From the NCBI GenBank assembly GCA_030141605.1, contig JAQGDQ010001286.1:1-49691 (forward strand): DNA of 49,691 nt, in the 5' to 3' direction. Positions 13,900 through 27,518 of this stretch are shown here, in pieces. Within the stretch, counting starts at the first letter, position 1, and the number at the start of each line of letters is the position of its first letter. The position numbers and the translations under genes are program-made. A model generated the notes under the pieces. It was not told where the DNA came from. It worked only from the letters and a program-made list of their open reading frames with translations, and ran no database searches. Source of the stretch: Tubiluchus corallicola (lineage: Eukaryota; Animalia; Priapulida).

Positions 13900-14380
13900 T
13901 CGCTTGGCGTCCAGCGAATTCCAAAAGACTTTTGATACAAAGTTTATTACTTAGCTTTACGCTTAGCTGTTAGAAAGACTTACGTAACTGGAAAAGAAAA
14001 TTTTTAATAATTTAAAATGTTTGCGCTTGTGGTACAACGTCACTGTTTCACGATCCTAGTGTGCACCGCTGGCTCACCAAAAAAAAAAGACACACATTTT
14101 TAATATTGCGAGATAAAGTAATTTTCACTTTTGCGTAGTGGTGAAGTGTGCGGGACGAAAGTTCTGATTATTTTTGAACGTCACAGTGTAACTTAAACTT
14201 ATTTCAATTTCTTACTTCAACTACTGACCGTTAGAGTGGCTGCGCCTAATTGTCATCGCGGTGTTTAAATTTACAAGTTTTGTACAGCGCTACTACTAAA
14301 ACAAGCAGTAACATGTAAGTAATCCAAAATTTCAAAACGAATTTTTAAGCTTTATTTACGAATTTTGTTTCTTGTCCTTC
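13900..14380 (+). mobile_element. Dispersed repeat family A copy
   Basis: Contains 'gaaagact...gtaactggaaaagaaaatt', 'gtgtgcaccgctggctcacc' and 'tggctgcgcctaattgtcatcgcgg', and ends 'cttgtcctt'. Confidence 0.6.
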
Positions 14381-15107
14381 AGCATTTTGACGGCGAATTC
14401 CGGAAGTAAAACGCTGAAAAACAGAAACAGTTCCGATTTTTATACAGTGGCTTCCAGAGTCCAGCGTTTATATTAGCATCGAAAAAAGGATTGCAAAAAT
14501 AAATTTGATTATCATCCATTTTGTATGCCTGCGATTGGACGCCAGACATGTCACCTATGCAGTGGTCGCTATGGAAGCCGTAAGTTGGCAACCGAACGCC
14601 AAACGCTGGAAGCTGCAGACGCTAGCTACTGGAAGACGCTAGACGCTTTGGTGTATCTCTGGCTTTACTGGCATTAGTTTTGTTCTTTGCTTTGTTTTCT
14701 GTCTGCTAAATTACTGTCCTGACCGAGTTAGCAGTTATTAATCTTTTAAGTAATTTACAGTTCTTGTTTATAGCACACAACTAATCCCTTTCATTTTCAA
14801 TTCGCTCCTTTCTGTCTATTTTTGCTATTCATCTGTTTGTATTTTCCGTTGTCTCTATTAGAAGTGGGTGTTGGTTTCGTGCAGTATGGAACTTATTAGC
14901 TTAATGAGAAATATATGACCTTTAGCGAGCTGGCTTCATTTTGTAAGCGCTACTTAGACGTTACTTAAGCTTATTGCTTGGAAGACGGGCGTTTATTAGT
15001 TTTCTTTCCGCCGATTTACAGACTTTCATGTAGCAAAGCTAAAGTTTTAATGTTTAGCTTCCGCATAGAAACTACTTTCAGACGCATAATAATATAAGCT
15101 TTACTTC

Positions 15108-15742
15108 TTAAGTGTGAAGAAAGGAGAATTTTAAACTGAATCCCAAAAAACTTCCAACGTTTTTAACGTAAATCTTATAGTAGTTATATTACCTTGCCTT
15201 ACTTGTTTGTTTCAAAGACCTATATAACTGGAAACGAAATTTCTTGATAATTTAACATGTTCACTTTATTACCTGTATCGTCATGGGCACTGAAACTGAA
15301 ACATATGTATGAAACTTCACATTCATTCGCAATCGAACGTTATCCTAGTTTAATCTACAGCCATTATTGAAGTGCTGCCTTATAAATGTTCATTACGTTC
15401 TGTCAACTGCAACTTACCTAGAATCCTGTTAGGGTTTAGCGCATCACTGCCAACTGCCAAAACGTCACCGTGTCACCATCCCAGTGTGCACCAGGTTGTG
15501 CTACCAATGTTCTCATTTTTTCAAACTTTAGGCAATGTTATGACTTGCCGTTAAAATGGCTGCTCCTAACGGTCAACACGGAAGTTTCAATTTACAAGTT
15601 TTATAGATGTTTACTGTAAGTTCTGTATGCAATAAGACAACATGTAGCTGATTTATCAAGCCGAAACTGCTTGTCGTCTTGGTGACGAATGTGATTAGAT
15701 GAATTTTTAAGCTTTATTTATAAGGAGTATTTTTGTTCTTCA
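15108..15742 (+). mobile_element. Family A copy interrupted by an inverted family B fragment (15268-15455)
   Basis: Family A blocks lie on both sides. 15268-15455 is the reverse complement of 20573-20757. Confidence 0.6.
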
Positions 15743-15833
15743 AAATTATTTGTGACACGCTGAAATGTTTGTAAGTTTCGTCGATTAAATGTTAGGAACT
15801 TAGAATTGAGTTAAGATCTTTGTTGGTAATAAT

Positions 15834-15900
15834 GGTAGTGTGATCTAGTGACCCTGTACAGAAAAAAAACAGAAGTCCCGAGTTCAAGTCCTGGCTCAAT
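15834..15900 (+). mobile_element. tRNA-derived SINE head remnant
   Basis: A-box-like ggtagtgtgatctagtg and B-box gagttcaagtcc are present, but there is no complete cloverleaf. Confidence 0.35.
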
Positions 15901-17367
15901 CCATCTTTTTAATGTTGCTTTCCTTTCGAGTGAGTTTGACTTCAAAAATTTCTGGTTTTGCTCCGTCAGTGATTATGTTCATGTAACAGAACCAATTTAA
16001 ATCTCATTTGGGTACCTTTTCAAAAGAACCTTACATATTATCTCTAGGCTCAGTTTGCCTATAGGAAGGTCTACAGCACAAAAAGATAGCACCTACCAAA
16101 TCTAGATTCTACTTAGGCAAGTCTAAGACACAAATCTCTTGTTTGTCTTTTTAGTAGGTTTTTCCCATGCGAGAGTTTGTCGAAATCATTTATTTTTGTT
16201 TTAGTGACTGTCAGGCAAGATTATCAGTAGCAATTACCTCAGAGAGCTTTTGAAAGCGTGGGAGTATGTTTACGTGGGAGCAAAGAGAAATCTTATTCAG
16301 GTAGATAATTAAGCGTAGAAAACATGTTTACATTTAAATCATCTTTTTCAAGTCAGTCTATACAGGTACTCATAGTGTTATTCAAAGAAACAACTTTTAT
16401 TAGAAACTTTATAATATAAAATCGTGACAACCGATTCAAGGCTTCGTGGCTTCGTAAGCACGCCCCTTAAACTAATTCACATTTCTGCAATTCACCTAAT
16501 ATTCACGCTCCAATATTACAAAAATAGCTGGTTAGTTTTTTTGTATATACTTATACCTTTGGCAGAAACAGACAGTTCTCCAAGACCCGGATTCACTAAA
16601 GTTCTTACGAACGAATTTCTTCGTAAGTACGTGAGTACGAACATTTTAGCGCCACGCAAGGATTCACTAAGCCAGTCTTTGTAAAAATCTTCTTAAATTT
16701 CTTCGTAACTTTACGCAACGATTAGAGCTTGCGTAAGTAGAATTATTGTACAAAACCTGGTATTATGTTACCGAGACGGCTGCCCTGTTATACTCAAACT
16801 GCCTGTAATCATTGAACGTATTGAAGAGCAGGTTTGTAATGACGTTGCCAATCAACTGCAGGTTATGTTTAAGAAATCAGAACAATCAATAATCAGGTGA
16901 TTACAAAATGATTAGAAAATAAAAGCTGCCAAGATTTTAGGTTATTAACTATATAGAGGCCGAATCACTAGAAAACGTGTAAATAGAAAGTCCAGTTTAA
17001 TGAGCGTTGAGACTGCGGATTCAGTCTGCATATATATTTACTAAATACACATTCGATAAAATATAAACATAAAAATAAAATAATAATTATTATGTATAAA
17101 AAAGCAGGAATGTGGGAAGAGCTGCCTATATCGTACAATAGCCGTTTACCTATGTGGGTAAAGACTGGAATTGGTTTTCGAAGAATTTTGCGTTATCTGC
17201 TGACTAGAGTTGGGCAAAGGATTTCATTCTGGAACATTGTAGAACAATACGGCACAGTTACAGAAGACAAACCAAAAACCTTTCTTATTGATTTCAGCAT
17301 TTAAAGTTTTACTTGTCAAAAAAATTTCCTTGTACGCACTACAAAATTTTGGAGAATTACTACTGAG

Positions 17368-18334
<967 letters not shown>

Positions 18335-18749
18335 TTCATATAACCTGAGACAGCACTTACATCTGCGACTGCAATACTAAAATCTAATACACAGTGCCCC
18401 AAAGTTAGTATACGGTGACAAAAAAGTCAACAGAGTGTCATTTTGTGTCATTGTGCTGTAATTACGTTTCAAAGGCTGCGTCGAGGTTAACAAACCCACC
18501 CGTACCCATGCAGATGTTGGCTCGGGCTGAATTTTAGCAGCGCAAAATGTTCGCACGAACAAAATAAATAAGAACTTCGTAAAAACCTTTTCTGAACTCA
18601 ACTTACTAAAGTTCGTATGAACTTCTTAAATATTTGCGTACGAATATTCTTGCGACCATTTCAGTGAATCCCAGCCTTGGTTTTCTTAGACAAATGACGT
18701 CATTGGTGGAAAAGTTATCATTCAAAATGGAAGCGCTCTAAATGATCGC

Positions 18750-19181
18750 GACTTTAAAGTGATTTTACTAATTATACGACCGGTTATCGCACTTCTATTG
18801 CTGAAATTTTCTAATATTTTTCGCAAATGTTGAAATAAGCCTAACATCCAAGAAGGCTTGGCCCTTTTATTTTAAAGTAAGACGTTTAAACTGTAAAAAG
18901 AGGCAAAGCTATTTTACTGTAGATTAAAACAGTGTGAACACTTTGAAACTGTAACGTGAAGTGAGTGGTAATGAGAGTTTATATTTTTACAGAAACTGTT
19001 TTTCGTGTATGTACGAATATACCGCAGTGTGTGTTGGCAGCGATGCGCTAAACCCTAGCAGGATTCTAGGTAAGTTGCAGTAGACAGAACGCAATGAACA
19101 CTCATAAGGCAGCACTTCAATAATGGCTGTAATTAAACTAGGTTAAACATTCGAATGCGAATGAATGTGAAGTTTCATACA
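18750..19181 (+). repeat. Dispersed repeat family B copy 1
   Basis: Colinear and highly similar to 20290-20720. Confidence 0.8.
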
Positions 19182-19289
19182 TTTGTTGTGATCAGTAAAT
19201 TTTAGTTGCAAAAACGTAATGCTATTATTGATATTGGAAACCAGTATGAAGTAAAAATGAAAAGGAAAGTTGGCAAAAGTATCCATTAA

Positions 19290-19672
19290 AGGGAAGAGGA
19301 AATTTTAAAATATATCCCAAAACTTTGCATACAAAGTTGTATTACTGAACATTACCTTACCTGTTTGAAAGACTTAATATGTCACTGGTCACGCCAACTT
19401 GTAAAACGTCACTGTATCACTATCCCAATGTGCACCACAGGCTCAACAAAACACATATTATACATCTTATTTAACAATATAAAGCAATTTCAAACTTTTG
19501 CTTAGTTAGTGAAGAATATGGCTACGATGCCTACGAATGCTTTTTATTATTTTTCAAATTTTGCGCAACGTTATCTAAACTTTCCATTAAAATGGCTGTG
19601 CCTAACAGTCATCGCGGGACTTTACATTCACAATTTTTATACAAGCTGTAAAACGTGACGTGTTCTTGTCCT
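19290..19672 (+). mobile_element. Family A copy with TTAA flanks (Kolobok-like MITE)
   Basis: TTAA|AGGGAAGAG ... TTCTTGTCCT|TTAA, with the internal family A blocks. Confidence 0.6.
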
Positions 19673-19825
19673 TTAACGGGGAAAGTTTATTGCATAGAGT
19701 ACTAAGAAGTGGGCAAATAAGCATGTAATACAGACTCTGTGCCTACTTGGCCTGCACGACAACCTTTACGCTAGTTGAAGCAAGGTCTGTACCAGAAATT
19801 AGGTGTCAGCGCCCACTACCTAAGA

Positions 19826-20277
19826 CAGGGGTGTGCAAATTGCGGCCCGCGAAGAGATTTGTCAAGCTTATGAAAGTGCGGCCCGGGCGATTAATTGAGT
19901 GTATCCAGCTGAAAGTCCGTGTCACGATCCCAAAGATAGTGCGGGTAGTTTTTTCTACTAGATCGGATGCCATTAACCCTTACAAGACGGTTGTAGCTTA
20001 ATGTCACTGTACTACACAGACTGTGTGACTAATATGCATTGTAATGAAATTACCACTATCTATCGTGAAAGTGGAAATATATGGTTTGTAATATAAATTT
20101 TAATAACTTCTAAAATAGTTTCTTGAGTATAGTAGTAATGATGTACGCAGGTCGGATGCAAAAAAATCGTTATTAGGCCTTTCTGTACTTGGCTCCTTGA
20201 TCAAACTGCCTGTGGCCGGCAGGAATTGCGGGAAAGTTTAATGTGGCCCGGCTAGTCAGATAATTTGCACACCCCTA
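19826..20277. mobile_element. hAT (Charlie-type) MITE, 452 bp
   Basis: TIRs CAGGGGTGTGCAAATT / AATTTGCACACCCCTA, subterminal GCGGCCC motifs, and a perfect 8-bp TSD ACCTAAGA (19818-19825 and 20278-20285). Confidence 0.9.
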
Positions 20278-20289
20278 ACCTAAGAGCCG

Positions 20290-20757
20290 ACTTTCAAGTG
20301 ATTTTACTAAGTATACAACCAGATTATCGGACTTCTATTGCTGAAATTTCCTGATATTTTTCACAAATATTGAAATAAGACGAAATTCTAAGAAGGCCTG
20401 GCTCTTTTCTTTTAAGGTAAAACGTTTAAACTGTAAAAACAGACAGGGCTAATTGACAATAGAATAAAACACTAAGAACACTTTGGAACTGTAAAGTGAA
20501 ATGAGTGGTAATGAGAGTTTATATTTTTACAAAAACTCTTTTTCAAGTATGTAAAAATACACTGCAGTGCGTGTTGGCAGCGATGCGCTAAACCCTAGCA
20601 GGATTCTAACTAGGTTGCAGTTGATAGAACGTAATGAACATTCATAAAGCAGCACTTCAATAATGGCTGTAGATTAAACTAGGATAACATTCGATTGCGA
20701 ATGAATGTGAAGTTTCATACACGTTTCAGTTTCAGTGCCCATGACGATACAGGTAAT
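20290..20757 (+). repeat. Dispersed repeat family B copy 2
   Basis: Direct match to 18750-19181 and inverted match to 15268-15455. Confidence 0.8.
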
Positions 20758-20760
20758 AAT

Positions 20761-20930
20761 GTCACTGAAAAAAGTCACAGGTAAAAAATCACAGCAAAAT
20801 AAGGCAGAGGAAAAATGAAATAACCTTAACCCTAATCCTAACCCAAACCAAAACTTATTGTGATTTTCTTCCTGTTGAGTTTTTTCTTGACTAAATTGTG
20901 ACTTTTTCATCACTTTTTGACTCGTAACTT
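20761..20930. mobile_element. Small palindromic element with (CCTAAC)n-like core
   Basis: A left arm 'gaaaaaagtcacag' and right arm 'tgtgactttttc' surround ccttaaccctaatcctaaccc. Confidence 0.45.
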
Positions 20931-21404
20931 TATTAGCGGTCGTCCCCACGATACCGATAGCGAAGGAAAATGTAATATGTGTGTTCGTCCCCATATCATC
21001 CTGCATTAAACAGAAATTAAACTCCTTCACGCTGAACTAGCTTTGAATACAGTCATGTAGACCATACGTATTCATTCAACTAATCAAATATAGACACGCA
21101 TTTAAAGCCGACGTATTTCTCCTTTATACGAAGCCGAGTCGAGTTCGAATAACTGCTATTGTTGTGGCTAGCTACAACCACGGGAATACGGCTATTGCTT
21201 CGCATTTCGGTCCGCTAATCTTCGAAAATGCTATTAGGCGATGCAGATTTCTAAGAAACTTGAAACTGAAATACTATGTATCGAGCTGATTAAAACAGCT
21301 GTAAATGTTTTGTACATGTCACCCAAAAGTAATGCCAAAGTCACCGATGTACGTGTATTCTCCAATGTATAAGGAGTTTTAAGGCTTTGGTAATACAAAG
21401 ACAA

Positions 21405-22373
21405 TTGACAATTTCATGGTACGTTCAGGTAAGAGGGACAGTGAGATAATAGAAAGTTCGAGAATCTACAGTTGAATCTGCAAACGACAACCCCGAGAAT
21501 TAACAATTGATAAATCATTATCAGTCATAAAAGCATAAAATGTTTGACAATTTGAAGGTATGTTCAGGTAAGAGGGACAATGAGATATTAGAAACTTTGA
21601 GAACCTACAGCTGAAACTGCATACAACAACCTCTGGAATTAACCTTTGATAAATCATTGTCAGTCATAAAGGCATAAAATATTTGACAATTTCAAGGTAT
21701 GTTCAGGTAAGAGGAACAATGAGATATTAGAAATTTTGAGAATGTACAGTTGAATCTGCAAACAACAACCCCGAGAATTAACAATTGATAAATCATTATC
21801 AGTCATAAAAGCATAAAATGTTTGACAATTTGAAGGTATGTTCAGGTAAGAGGGACAATGAGATATTAGAAACTTTGAGAATCTACAGCTTAAACTGCAT
21901 ACAACAACCTCTAGAGTTAACCTTTGATAAATCATTGTCAGTCAAAAAGGCATAAAATGTTTGACAATTTCAAGGTACGTTCAGGTAAGAGGGACAGTGA
22001 GATATTAGAAATTTTGAGAATCTACAGTTGAATATGCAAACAACAACCCCGAGAATTAACAATTGATAAATCATTATCAGTCATAAAAGCATAAAATGTT
22101 TGACAATTTGAAGGTATGTTCAGGTAAGAGGGACAATGAGATATTAGAAACTTTGAGAATCTACAGTAGAATCTGCAAACAACAACCTCTGGAATTTACC
22201 TTTGATAAATCATTGTCAGTCATAAAGGCATAAAATATTTGACAATTTCAAGGTATGTTCAGGTAAAGGGGACAGTGAGATATTAGAAATTTTGAGAACG
22301 TACAGCTTGAACTGCAAACAACAACCTCTAGAATTAACCTTTGATAAATCATTATCAGTCATAAAGGCATAAA
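21405..22373. repeat. 139-bp tandem repeat, ~7 copies, with alternating A/B (278-bp) higher-order structure
   Basis: GTTCAGGTAA recurs at 21423, 21562, 21701, 21840, 21979, 22118 and 22257. Diagnostic variants alternate between adjacent units. Confidence 0.95.
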
Positions 22374-22480
22374 GGGTTAAACTGATAAGCACATAAGTGT
22401 ACAAAAGTTCATTTTCTCCTCGGACCAGCAATACTGTTACATATACATTGTTGGGTCGTAACACTCATTTTACTGCTGTT

Positions 22481-22698
22481 CCTCATAGTATTACCCTGAG
22501 CATTTTTGGACGTATAACAACTGCTTATAAATTCAGCTTTTCTTTCCTGTTTCTTATCTGTGGAATACTCTTCAAGGAAATTGTTTCCATGGAAACGCCA
22601 ACTTTTCCCGTTTCAAGAAGAATATCAATGGGTATATCACTAGCATTATATTTCTCCCGACAACTATTTTCACTAGTGTAAACCTTACCGTGAATTAC
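22481..22698 (+). repeat. Dispersed repeat family C copy
   Basis: Reverse-complement match to 25905-26135; both ORF-track translations contain GRITTAYKFSF. Confidence 0.85.
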
Positions 22699-22875
22699 CC
22701 TGGCCTATGGGTCAGTTTGTATCAGAAAGTATCACATTGATGTGCAGAGTGATTATAACTGATGGCGCTGATTTACTTATTTGTTTTCATAATTTAAACT
22801 GCCATTAATTAGGGTATTAAAAGCTATAAGTCAACTTCATATTTTAAATAATACGTGTCTGCGTATAACACTCAC

Positions 22876-23581
22876 CTCTTTCCAGAGTATCCACTACCAG
22901 AACAGAATCGTGGAAGGCTGATATCCGTGTGAAACTGTCGTCTTGCGAGCCTCTCTTGATAGACAGCAATAGAACCAGATATGGATCAGCCCTGTCCCAA
23001 AACCATTTTGCAGAATGTCTTCTAGGGTGGACAGCTTTATTACTTAAAAGAGACCACCAAATTCTTGACCATTCTTTGAGCAAATCTTTAATGTCAAATC
23101 CTAAACTCGAAGCTCCAACTAAACAGTAATCAGTAGTTACAGGAAACGTCGAAGAAATACCATCTACGTCAGTCACTTTCACACTTTTCTTTAACTGTTC
23201 AACATCATCGTTCACACTTCTCTTTATTACCACCTGAACTTCTATTTTTATCGATGATACAGAACCACTTCGAACTGCATCAACACAATTTAAATGTAGC
23301 GTCACTTTTGCTTTTGAAAAGTCCAATCTTGGTGCAAAATTATCCTCGTATAAACTAAAAAGATTAAAGCCTATTAGAGCTCTAGAAATATTATTTTCTG
23401 AATCCATGAGATGCAAGAGTTCATGCACCTCGGTGAACTTGTAATTCGTGTCAATTGAGAGTTGAAATATTGGATGGAATTCGTAAACCGGTTGACCATT
23501 GCCAAGCACTAGCAAGGTAAATAGTTGTAGAAGAACCACTAACATTGACAAGCAGACGCAAGTGTGGAACGTGGTAACCAT
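22876..23581 (-). CDS. First coding exon of a secreted protein with a TGF-beta-propeptide-like (or DNRLRE-like) beta-sandwich
   Basis: Longest non-repetitive ORF in the window. ATG lies in a gagaaaATGG context. The signal peptide is MLVVLLQLFTLLVLGNG|QP. Motifs RALIGFNL, AKVTLHL, FDIKDLLKEW and VLVVDT are present. A canonical phase-1 donor AG|GTGAGT follows 22876; without splicing the frame reads on to the stop at 22844-22846. Confidence 0.65.
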
Positions 23582-24151
23582 TTTCTCCAAGTACTTAATT
23601 TTTTGTGGACTTTGTTTTGTTACTTGCAGTAATTATTGATGTCTGTGCTCCAAATTCACAAACAGTATGCCACGTTGGCAATGCTCGGAAAGTAATTGTT
23701 GTGCACTGCTTTAACAGCTTGCAATAAAGATTTCATGTAAATGCGTCATCACATCGGCATGGAAATTGCCCAGAAGATGCTTGAAAACTCTCACAACGTG
23801 AACTGCAAAAGCAAGAAAGAGTTAAGTAGCCTATCACAGTAATAGCTTAGTGTTACTGTCACCTGAAGTTTCAAGCGTCGATTAACTTACCAGCTATAAA
23901 ATCTTGCCGTTGAAAGACGTTGTGTGGCAGTAAATATTCTACTGAAATTTAGATTCAGCTGTAGAGTGATTTAGTGCCTCGAACAAATTTATAATACAAT
24001 GACAGAACATCCAGCGAATAAAATACTACAAACTCATTTTGCCTTTGAAGTTCGCCTTGCTGCGTTTATACACTAGTCACTAATGCATTTGCCACCAACA
24101 CTAATTACTAATTGCTGCTGTTGCTGCTGCTGCTACTGCTACTGCTGCTCT

Positions 24152-24450
24152 TGATGATGATGATGATGATAATGATGATGTGATGAGCAAGAGAAGATGG
24201 AGGAGGAAGAGGAGGATGACGATGACGCTGTATAACAGAAATTTTAGCTTACTAGTAGATAGTAGGTGCACAATGAAAGTATATTCAATTATCTATACAG
24301 CGCTAGTTCATAAAAAAACAGATTTTCTAATTCAATATTCCTCCTTGTTTCAGTTCATGCACTTATTTTTTGCCGAGGGCTTTACTTTTAACCCAAATTT
24401 CCAAGTGCTACATACCTTGCAGGTGTACGAACTCGATCTAGCTGTTGTTG
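24152..24450 (+). repeat. Dispersed repeat family E headed by (GAT)n/(GAG)n
   Basis: Colinear with 30200-30490 ('tatattcaattatctatacag...ctagttcataaaaaa'). Confidence 0.8.
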
Positions 24451-25337
24451 TTGGGGTGATAATGTTTTGAAGAAAACTTCTGTGAATTCGCAATGGATGA
24501 AACTTTATGCGAACACACTAGAATGAACGCCCCATCGATTGAAGCAGTCCGATTTTTTATATTCCAACTTGAATTCAAGATGGCTGTGATAGTATCATTT
24601 TTGAAAAACGTCAGTTCGCAACAGGTCGTCATAAAACTTTATTACAGAAATCTGCTAAAATGAATTTTGCATTTGCATTGGCTGACAAAGTCATATTGTC
24701 GATTTGCCATTTTAAATTCAAGATGGCGGCATTGACGCCATTTTCTAAAAAACCTAAATTTTCGTCAATTCGAAACAAATCATAGTTTTGCACACGTGTA
24801 CTAGAAAAACAAGCTCCTCGCAAGAGATCGTTACAATGCCCATCTTGGATTCACGGCGATTTTTGGAAAAAACCTTTGGCACCGTCAATTTGAAGCCGTT
24901 TTGAAAAATGAATGTACTTTTCGCATCTATTGACGGAGTCAGACGTCTTTCCTTTTAGCCGCCTACCTGATTAGTTGATGACAATTTTGCATGAATAACA
25001 ATAGGAAACATCCACTTCTGCCGTTAGATTACATTTGAAAAACTTTCACTCTTCTCGTCGTCTGAACATCACGAAAATTACAATAAAAGCCGGAGGCAGA
25101 TTGATGGTGTCTCTTTCAAGTAATAATCAGAAATTAATGGAGCATGGTATTTGAAAACATTTTCCCTGCGTAATTATGATTAAAAAGGAACAAGAGATGG
25201 GTTGTTCGTTGGAAGAAGATAATCATTGCAAAACCCGATCTGTGCAAGTTAGAGATGTCTGCAGGAAATTGCTCAAACTCATGACCACCAAACGAACTTG
25301 TCAGAGAGAGCACCATTAAATATTTAAACGAGAAATA

Positions 25338-25860
25338 CAGGGTGTCTCAGAAGTCACTACATACCTTGCATTTTCGATATTTTAACAAATAAAGCAAAAG
25401 TTTTTAAAACTGGTACACTAGTGAACTAAAACCTTTGGCAACTTTTTTAGTCAAAATACGAAAATCAGAGAAGAATTAATTGCGCTAGAGGGCAATGCTG
25501 TTTCGCTAGCTTCCTTAAGGAACCTCAAGAGCTTCAGAGACCAATCCACTAGCAAGTTGTGCAACTTGCATTGGAAAAGTCTTTCACGGGCCATGAGTAG
25601 TGAGAAAGAGATGCACTTTGTTGAAAAATTACATTGTTAATAGTCAGAGACTAATGTGCTCTGAATTTCTGCTGAACTTCAGTTGTTGACATTGCATTCT
25701 TATGTCTAGCGTTAGTGCTATTGCCATTGCAACGGGATTCAGTCAAAAAATAAACAAAAAAAAATCACAAAGGTCCCTTGTAAGAGTTTGCCGAGATTGG
25801 AGAAAAACTAAAACAAGGAAATTAGACAACAAAGTGTATAGTGACTTAAGAGACATCCTA
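25338..25860. mobile_element. Tc1/mariner-like MITE, ~520 bp
   Basis: TA|CAGGGTGTCTCAGAAGTCACTACATAC at the left end and the degenerate inverted copy GTGTATAGTGACTTAAGAGACATCCTA at the right end. Confidence 0.75.
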
Positions 25861-25904
25861 TGTTAGCACTGTGGCAGGCTTATTATATTAACAAGTCGTT
25901 GCGT

Positions 25905-26135
25905 GTAATTCGCGGTAAGGTTTACACTAGTGAAAATAGTTGTCGGGAGAAATAGAATACTAGTGATATAAAGTACCCGTTGATATTCATCTTGAAACGG
26001 AAAAAGTTGGCGTTTCCAGGGAAGCAATTTCCTGGTAGAGTATCCTTGATATTCCACAGATAAGAAACACGAAAGAAAGCTGAATTTATAAGCAGTTGTT
26101 ATACGTCCAGAAATGTCCAGGGTAATACTACGAGG
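25905..26135 (-). repeat. Dispersed repeat family C copy (inverted)
   Basis: Reverse complement of 22481-22698. Confidence 0.85.
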
Positions 26136-26486
26136 ACAGAATAAAGTAGATCCCTTCTGAAGAATGGTTTTTAAATTATCCAACAAGCAGAATGGTTTTT
26201 AAATTAGCATCAGCAAGGCATTTATTAATGAAATAATTAATTAAAACTGCTTACAACAAAATAGCCAAAATGTGTTTCTGCCCTGAACAGTGCTTAGAAC
26301 ATTAACACTAAGGTCGTTACGCCACAGATAAAAATAATAGAGCAATTACAATTATAGCTGCAATTAATACAATTATCGCACTGCACGGATTTGTGTATGT
26401 AATTTGTTGACCAAATACAGAATTTTCTAGAAGGTTACATAAGAACCTTGTACAGATCATTCCTAACTGTCCTACGATATGAATGT

Positions 26487-27518
26487 AGGTAAAATGGCAC
26501 AGGTAAAAGTGGCACAAGAAAAAATGGCACAGGTAAAATGGTACGGGAAAAAATGGCACAGGTAAAATGGTACGGGAAAAAATGGCACAAATTGAAAAAT
26601 AGGTAAAATAGCATGGATAAAAATGGCACAGGGTAAAAATGGCACACTTGGTAAAATATGTGCTTATGGTTAGCTTATAGTGGGAGATAGTTATTCTAGT
26701 TATTTTCACCTCTGTCAAGGAAATTATGCTTCAACACAGTTTGTTTGTCTGTATGTTGGATTGTTTTTTAACTGTTTAACTATAACGCCATAACTATCTA
26801 ACAGATTTCCAAGCAACTTTGTACGCGTATAGGGCATCAAAATGGGAATCTTTTTTTCGTAAAACTTGACTGAACACCACGTTCTTGAAGCACTTCGTGG
26901 AGGTCTCAGAAAGAGCGTTTAGTTATTCTTTTTTTGTTATCTCCACTCGGACAAACAACAACGAGTTAGTTCCAGGTTGCATTTCGACAAATTCTCGCTT
27001 GAAAAACTGTGTAACGCTGTCTGTAATTTTGCTTATAAATGTGTATATCCTTATAAGGTGACTTGGCACTTATATTTTGTCAGTCAGTTATTACCATCGC
27101 CAAAATTAATGATTAAAAGGCTAGATAAACACTATATTGAAAATTCGTGCATTATTGAATATAAATTTATTTAATGGGCAAATATTTTGTGAGTTTTTGT
27201 TGTCTGTATAACACCAATACTGGTACATATTTTTGTATATTTGCTTGTTTAACTTTTTGTGTTTAATTTTTTTTAATCAAAAGAATCAGACGAATATTTG
27301 ACTTTGGCAGACATCTGCATCTTACTAAGCATATTCTAGTTTTGTTATAGAAATCAGTTGCATCAAAATAACAATTATGTGCCATTTATTCCTCCTTTTC
27401 CATTTTTGCCATTTTTTTCCTGTGCCATTTTTACCTGTGTCATTTTTTTCCTGTGACATTTTTACCGTGCAATATTTTCCTGTGCAATTTTTACCTGTGC
27501 CATTTTTACCGCGCACCC
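26487..27518. mobile_element. Foldback-like element with inverted arrays of a ~15-bp GGTAAAA(A)TGGCACA unit
   Basis: An array at 26487-26657 and its reverse-complement array at 27378-27518, ending TTTTACCGCGCACCC. Confidence 0.6.

Noticed and set aside
21405-22373. Tandem coding exons of the secreted gene
   Set aside because: The phase-1 frame after the - strand ttgcag acceptor stops within 10 codons in the unit checked.
24560-24900. Clustered AAGATGGC/GCCATCTT (YY1-like) sites as a promoter
   Set aside because: Such motifs are common in degenerate invertebrate DNA-transposon repeats, and there is no independent promoter evidence.
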